DNA of 64,000 nucleotides, taken from assembly GCF_009914755.1 (NCBI RefSeq), contig NC_060934.1. One strand, 5' to 3'. Each line of letters starts with the position of its first letter. The stretch's first letter is position 1. The DNA comes from the human T2T-CHM13v2.0 reference genome, Homo sapiens. Position numbers and translations under genes: made by a program. The notes beneath the pieces are model-generated. The model worked only from the letters and a program-made list of their open reading frames with translations, had not been told where the DNA came from and did not search any database. Shown here piece by piece: positions 57,488 to 64,000 of the stretch.

Positions 57488-59355
57488 AACCCCATCTAAA
57501 TGAAGCAAATTCAAAAACAAAGTATCAACTCCCGCAGATGGAAAGGAATAAGCACAAGAACTCTGGCAATACAAAAAGCCAGAGTGTTTTGTGGTCTCCA
57601 AAGCCTCTCACTAGCTCCCTAGAAAAGGATCCTAACCAGATGTAAGTGTCTGAAATGAGAGACATAGAACTCAGAAGATGGATGGCAAGGAAAGTCAATG
57701 AGACATAAGATAAAATTGAAATCCAATACAAAGAAGCCAGAAAAACAGTCCGAATTTGAAAGACAACATAGCTATATTAAGAAAGAGCCAAACTGAACTT
57801 CTGGAACTGAAAAATTCACTAAATAAATTTCGAAATACGGTTGGGAGTCTTAAAAACAGACTAGGCCAAGTAGAAGGAAAAAATTCATAGCTTGAAGACT
57901 GATTCTTCAAATTAACCCAGTCTTGCAAAAATAAAGAAAAAATATTTTTTAAAAAGACAAAGCCTTCAAGAAATATGGGATTATGTAAAGAAACCAATTC
58001 TACAACTTATTGATATTCCTGAGAGAAAAGAAAAAATAACCAACTTGGAAAACATACCTGAGGAAAAATTTCAAGAAAATATTCTCAATTTCATTAGAGA
58101 TGTTGACATGCATACATCAGAAATCCAGAGAACCCCTTTTATATACTATAAAGACAGCCATCCCCAAGACACATAGTCATTAGACTATCCAAGGTTAACA
58201 CAAAAGAAAAAACAAATCTCAGACACAGCTAGAGAAAAGAGCAACACTACCCACAAAGGGAACCCCATCAGACTAACTGGTCTTCTCAGAAGAAACCTTA
58301 CAATCCAGCAGAGATTAGAGGTCTATTTTTAGTACTCTAAAAGAAAAGACATTCCAGAAAAAAACATTCATATTCTTCAAAACTAAGCTTCATAAACGAA
58401 AGAGAAATGGAGTCTTTCTGAGTCAAGCAATCGGTAAGGGAATTTATCACCACCAGACTAGCCCTGCAGAAATGCTTAAGGGAGTTCTAAATGTGGATGT
58501 GAAAGAACAATACACACAAAAGCAGAGTTAAGTACATAGTCCACAGACTCTATACCACAGACTCTATAAAGCAACTACACAATTGAGACTGCAAAGAAAC
58601 TAGCTAACAAAACTATGGCAGGAACAAAATCTCACATATAAAAGTTAACCTTGAACATAAATGGCCTAAATCCTTCACTTAAAAGACATAGAGTGGTGAA
58701 TTGGAATTTAAAAAAAAAAAAAGAATCATCCATCTGCTGTCTTCAAGAGACCCATCTCATAAGTAATGACACTCATGGATTCAAAGTAAAGGGATAGAGA
58801 AAGATTAATCATGCAAATGGAAAACAAAAAAGAGCAGGAGTTTCTATTCTATCAGAAAAAACAGATCTTAAGCCAAAAACAGAAATAAGGACAAAAAATG
58901 TTATTGCTTAATGACAAAGGGCTCAATTCAACAAGAATAATTAACTATCTTAAATAAATATGCACCCAACATTAATTGGAGCACCAAGATTCATAAAGAA
59001 AGCACTACTAGACCTAAGAAAAGATGTAGACAGCCCCTCAGTAATAACTGGGGACTTCTACACCCCACTGACAGTGGTAGATAGATTTATCGAGGCAGAC
59101 ATCTAAACAAATAAATTCTGGACTTAAATTTGACACTTGACCAATTAAACCTAATACACATCTACAGAACACTCTACCCAACAAACCACAAAATATATAT
59201 TTTTCTCATCTTCACATGGAACATACTCTAAGAGTGATCACATATGCAGTCATAAAGCAAGTATCAAGAAATTAAAAAAATATTAAATAATACCAAGCAT
59301 CCTCTTGGACCACAGTAGAATAAAAATAAAAATCAATAGCAAGAGGAACTCTAAA

Positions 59356-59398
59356 ACACAGACACAAACACACACACACACACATACACACACACACA
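59356..59398. repeat. Imperfect (CA)n tract grown within L1 ORF2
   Basis: Read directly. Confidence 0.9.
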
Positions 59399-62300
59399 GA
59401 AACTAAACAAATTACTCTTGAATGACTTTCGTTTGGGTAAACAATAAAATCAAGGCAGAAATCAAAGAACTTTTTAAACAAATGAAAATAGAGACACAAT
59501 GAACGAAAACCTCTGGGATGCAACGATAGCAGTTTAAAGAGGAAAAATCATAGTGCTAAATACATCAAAAAGACAGAAATATATCAAATTAACAACGTAA
59601 CATTGCACCTAAAGAAATTAATAAAACAAGAAAAAAACTATATCCAAATATAGCATAAGAAAATAAATAACAAAAATAAGAACAGGACTGAACAAAATCG
59701 AGATTCAAAAATCCACACAAAGGATCAACAAAATGAAAAGTTGGTTCTTTGAAAGTTTAAACAAAATTGATAGACTGCTAGCAAGATTAACAAAAAAGAG
59801 AAGATCCAAATAAGCACAATCAGCAATAACAAAGGCAACATTAGATCCAGTCCCATAGAGATTCAAAAGATTCTCAGAGACTACTATGAACATTTCTATG
59901 TGCACAACTAGATAACCTAGGAGAAATGGATACCTTCCTGGAAACACACAACCTCTCAAGATTGAACCAGGAAGAACTTGAAACACTGAACACACCAACA
60001 ATGAGTTACAGAATTGAATAAGTAATAGAAGTCCGGGACTAGATGAAACCATAGCTGAATTCTACCAGACATACAAAGAGGAGCTCATGCCAATCCTACT
60101 GAAACTATTCCAAAAAATAGAAGATGAGAGATTCTTCTCTAACTTACTGTACAAAACCTATATCATCCTGATACCAAAATATGGCAAATACACACACACA
60201 AAAGAAAACCCTAGGCCAATATATCTGATGAACATAGATGAAAAAATCCTCAACAAAGTACTTGCAAACCACATCCAGCAGCACATCAAAAAGATAATAC
60301 AATATCAAGTGAACTTTATTCCTGGGATGCAAGGGTTGTTCAATATATACAAATCAATTAATGTGATTTATCACATAAAGAGAATTAAAAATGAAAAAAA
60401 TAATATTATCTCAACAGATACACTTAAAGTATTTGATAAAATCCAACATGCCTTCATAATTAAAACCCTCAGTAGACTAGGCATTTAAAGAACATACTAA
60501 AATAATAAGAACCATCTATTGACAAACCCAGTCTACATTATACTAAATAGGCAAAAGTTGGAGGAATTCTCATAAGAACAAGAACAAAACAAGAATATCC
60601 ACTTTTACCACTCTTATTCAACTTAATACTTGAAGCCCTAGCCAGAATGATCGACCAACAGCAAGAAATAATAGACATCCAAATAGGAAAAGAGGAAGTT
60701 AAATTTTATTTCTTCACTGATGATAGGATTCTATACCTAGAAAACCCTAATGATTCTGACCAAAGACGCCTAAAGTCGATTAAAAATTTCAGTAAAGTTT
60801 TAAGATAGGCAATCAACATACAAAAAGCAGTAGTATTTCTATACAATGCAATGTTCAAACTGAGAACCAAATCAAGAACACAATCCCATTTACGAGAGCC
60901 ACAAGAGAAAAAAATGAAATACTTAGGAATACCTCTAACCAAGGAGGTGAAAGATCTCTTTAAGTCGAACTACAAAACACTGCTGAATGAAATCATAGAT
61001 GACACAAACAAATGGAAAAATATTACATGCTTATAGATTGGAAGATTCAACATCATTAAAATGTCTTTACTGCCCGAAGCAATCTACAAATTCAATGCAG
61101 TTCCTATGAAACTGCCAAAATCATTTTTTACACAGAATTAGAAAATTGATCCTAAAATTTATATTTAACTAAAAAAGAGCCTGAATAGCCAACACAATCT
61201 TAAGCTAAAAGAACACAGACAGGGGCAACACATTACCTGACTTCAATCTATACTACAAGGCTACAATAACCAAAATAGCATGGTATGGGTACAAAAATAG
61301 ACACATAGACCAATGGAACAGAATAGAGAATCCAGAAATGAGGCCTCATTCCTACAACCAACTGATCTTTAACATAATTGATAAAAATGCAATAGGGAAA
61401 GGATACCCTATTCAATTAATAGTGCTGGGAAAACTGGCTAACCATATTCAGAAGAATGAAATTAGGCTCCTGTCTCTGACCATATAAAAAAATTAACTCA
61501 AGATTGATAAAAGACTTAAATGTAAAACTTTAAACTATAAGAAGCCTAGAATTAGACCTAAGAAACTCTTTTGGACATTGACGTAGGCAAAGAATTTATG
61601 ACTAAGTACTAAAACACAAAAGCAACAAAAAACAAAAATTGACAAGTGAGACCAAATTAAACTAAAGAGCTTCTGCACAGCACTTGCATGTTCTATTGCA
61701 AATATGAAATAGCAAAGGCATGGAATCAACATTGGTTTCCAACAATGGTGGATTGTATAAAGAAACTGTGATGCATATATACCATGGAATACTATGCATC
61801 CAGAAGAAAGAATGAAATCCTTTCCTTTGCAGTAACATGGATGTGCCTGGATGCCATTATGCTAAGCAGATGCTGGGACACAAGAAAAATCTTTAAGATA
61901 TGTCACTGCTTCTTATCAATAATAATGTTCTAGTGAGTAACAAGAGTTAAGAACACCACTAATTATAGTACTGTAAATATAATTACAGTTCTAATAAGAC
62001 ATACACACACAGAGAACAATTTTGTCTGGTGGTTGAGGAAATCTTCATTGATTTAAGATATTTTTTGATGAACAGGATTTTTCAATAACTATCAGACGAA
62101 GAATGTCTATGACTTATTTTTAAAAACTATTTTCTTCTCTGCCTTGCATATCTGACATTTTAATCTCCTATCTTCCTTGAATACAATATAGAACCTGACA
62201 TTTCTTTCCTTTCAAAGATCCTTAAAACATTTCCTACATTTAATCTGAATGTCTTTCTCAGTAATTTTTCTTATACAAGCAATTATGGCTACATTTTCTT

Positions 62301-64000
62301 AATATAATCATGAAAAAGTGAGCAACTGAAAATTTAATCTGGAGAATATATATGAAACATATTCAATTAATTCAAGTTGTTGTTAGGCTGCATATGTTCA
62401 GCTTTCAGTGAAGGTGATTGATAAATGAGAAACTGAAAGAAAACAAACCAATAGGTGTTTTTCAGAAACAGTATTATTAAAATGCATGTGCTTTCTACTG
62501 AATGAAAGCAATATAGACTTTTTCCTCGCATTGGTAGTTAGTAAGGTGTATAAAAACGACTTTGTAAAGAACAATTAATATAGGTTAATGAATCACTGTG
62601 AAGAGGGGATAACACTTTATTCTAGCAATGATCTGCAAGGTGTTAAAAGTTAAAAAAGATGAAAAACAATTGAATAGTTATTTCATCATAGTGTTTATTA
62701 AATTGATTTTCCTGTATCTGTCAAGCTTTACAGAAATGTCTTCAACAGAATAACAGTGTTGGAAGCCAAATGAAATGCATTATGAAATATGATTCTTCAC
62801 TTGGTATGCAGGTATACTCTCAGGTGTTAACTCAGGCAAAGAGACAAATTCAATTTTAAAGTTCCATTTGTTAAAATTTGATGATTGTGATTAAAGACCC
62901 ATAACAATTCTATCTTTGACATTTTAGTTTTTTCTTCACAGAAGCATTCTACTGCAATTTTCTTAGTTTTCTTTCCTCTTAACTGTGGTATTACCCATAA
63001 ATGCTGGATTTCTCTGTTTTAAGTGTAACAAACCTACAATCAACTATTTCTGGAACACCACTTCAGCTTAACAACAAGGACCCATAAATATTCTAAAAAT
63101 TCAAAGTGTTTTATATAAAATGTTAAATGATACACATAATAAATTTCTAAGTAGTAATTATGATTATGCCCATAATTATACCCATAATTTAAAAATATGT
63201 TACCTGAAGTAAATTATTACATATTTTATGTTGGAAGTATTCATTTATCTTTGATCTCTTTTAACACACTGTACTAGGTGGTAATAAAATAAACTGCCTT
63301 ATTGGGTAGTCATTTATCTTTTGTTTCATATTTTTTACTGGACTAATATTCCAACGCTATAGATAGTGAAATATAACATTCAAACAATTTGATAGTAGTC
63401 AATGAATCCAGTTTTTAAAAATGGGATCCATTTTCTAAAATTGAGTATATAGATACTTCATGAAATGTCTTATCATGCATCCTAAACCAAACCAACCTCT
63501 TCCCTTGACTGTCTTACAGTGCGTTATTATTTTATCCACTGCAGCAACTAGCACATTTTTCAGAACCTAGTAGATATTCAGTCATTGTCTATGGAATACA
63601 TGAACACATTCTAAATTTGGACAGTCATCATTCTTGGTGTTTTAAAACAAACACTTCCTGAATTGCACAAACTATTTTCTAAATAGCCCTGGGAATTCAT
63701 TGAAGGAAGGTATGGGTAAGTTGGGGGTCAAACTATAAAGATGTAGGTTCTCCTCTCAAAACTTCTTCAGCGTATCCTCATTGTTGTTTGTTTGCTTGCT
63801 TGCTTGTTTTAAAAGATCTAGATATAGTCTAATGAGAGTTGTATAAATGTGACGTTCCACAATGATTCTAACTTACATGGTGCAAAATAATAAAATATTA
63901 CATTCTAGCTGTTTGTGGAAAATCAGGGATAATATAAAGGATCTAGATTTTCTCTCTCCTCTCCTCCTAAGATTTATTCACTCAGCAAAGTTACCTGGTG

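Larger units (their letters stand above)
55020..61870 (+). mobile_element. Near full-length decayed L1PB (L1PBa-type 5'UTR): ORF1 relic about 57530-58500, ORF2 relic about 58615-61800, antisense to PCDH15
   Basis: ORF 60087-60488 ([12 protein letters not shown]...IILIPKYGK...[29 protein letters not shown]...[18 protein letters not shown]) is L1 ORF2 reverse-transcriptase sequence; endonuclease relic tctgctgtcttcaagagacccatctca; many stops and frameshifts. Confidence 0.92.

Noticed and set aside
58541-58568. 14-nt tandem duplication in the L1 inter-ORF region, and a 10-nt duplication at 9411-9430
   Set aside because: Real but ordinary slippage duplications in neutral repeat DNA.
60087-60488. 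133-aa reverse-transcriptase-like ORF as a possible novel RT system
   Set aside because: It is a fragment of a decayed L1 ORF2 surrounded by stops and frameshifts.

Overview
AT-rich primate DNA, almost certainly human because it carries a near-consensus AluYa5. It lies inside the very large PCDH15 (protocadherin-15, USH1F/DFNB23) gene, transcribed on the minus strand. Only two coding exons are supported: 30036-30144 (109 nt, [37 protein letters not shown]) and 6815-6927 (113 nt, [38 protein letters not shown]). They have canonical AG/GT sites, splice in frame across a 23,108-nt intron and encode part of cadherin repeat EC3; neither appears in the supplied ORF track. The rest is intron filled with Alus, L1, L2/MIR, MaLR/ERVL LTRs, DNA-transposon relics and microsatellites, and the supplied ORFs look like repeat-derived or chance frames. 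I found no evidence for a new gene system. The most interesting unexplained structures are micro-scale mutational fossils: a 60-nt internal Alu fragment apparently copied from a specific Alu 1.9 kb away into a hairpin site; two AluY elements at the same target site; a young AluYa5; a three-layer MLT2>THE1>Alu-monomer nest; a ~153-nt inverted repeat ~1.1 kb upstream of an exon; a ~255-nt old tandem duplication; and a fold-back (ACT)n rearrangement inside an Alu. Subfamily calls and exon numbers are from recognition and memory, not database searches.
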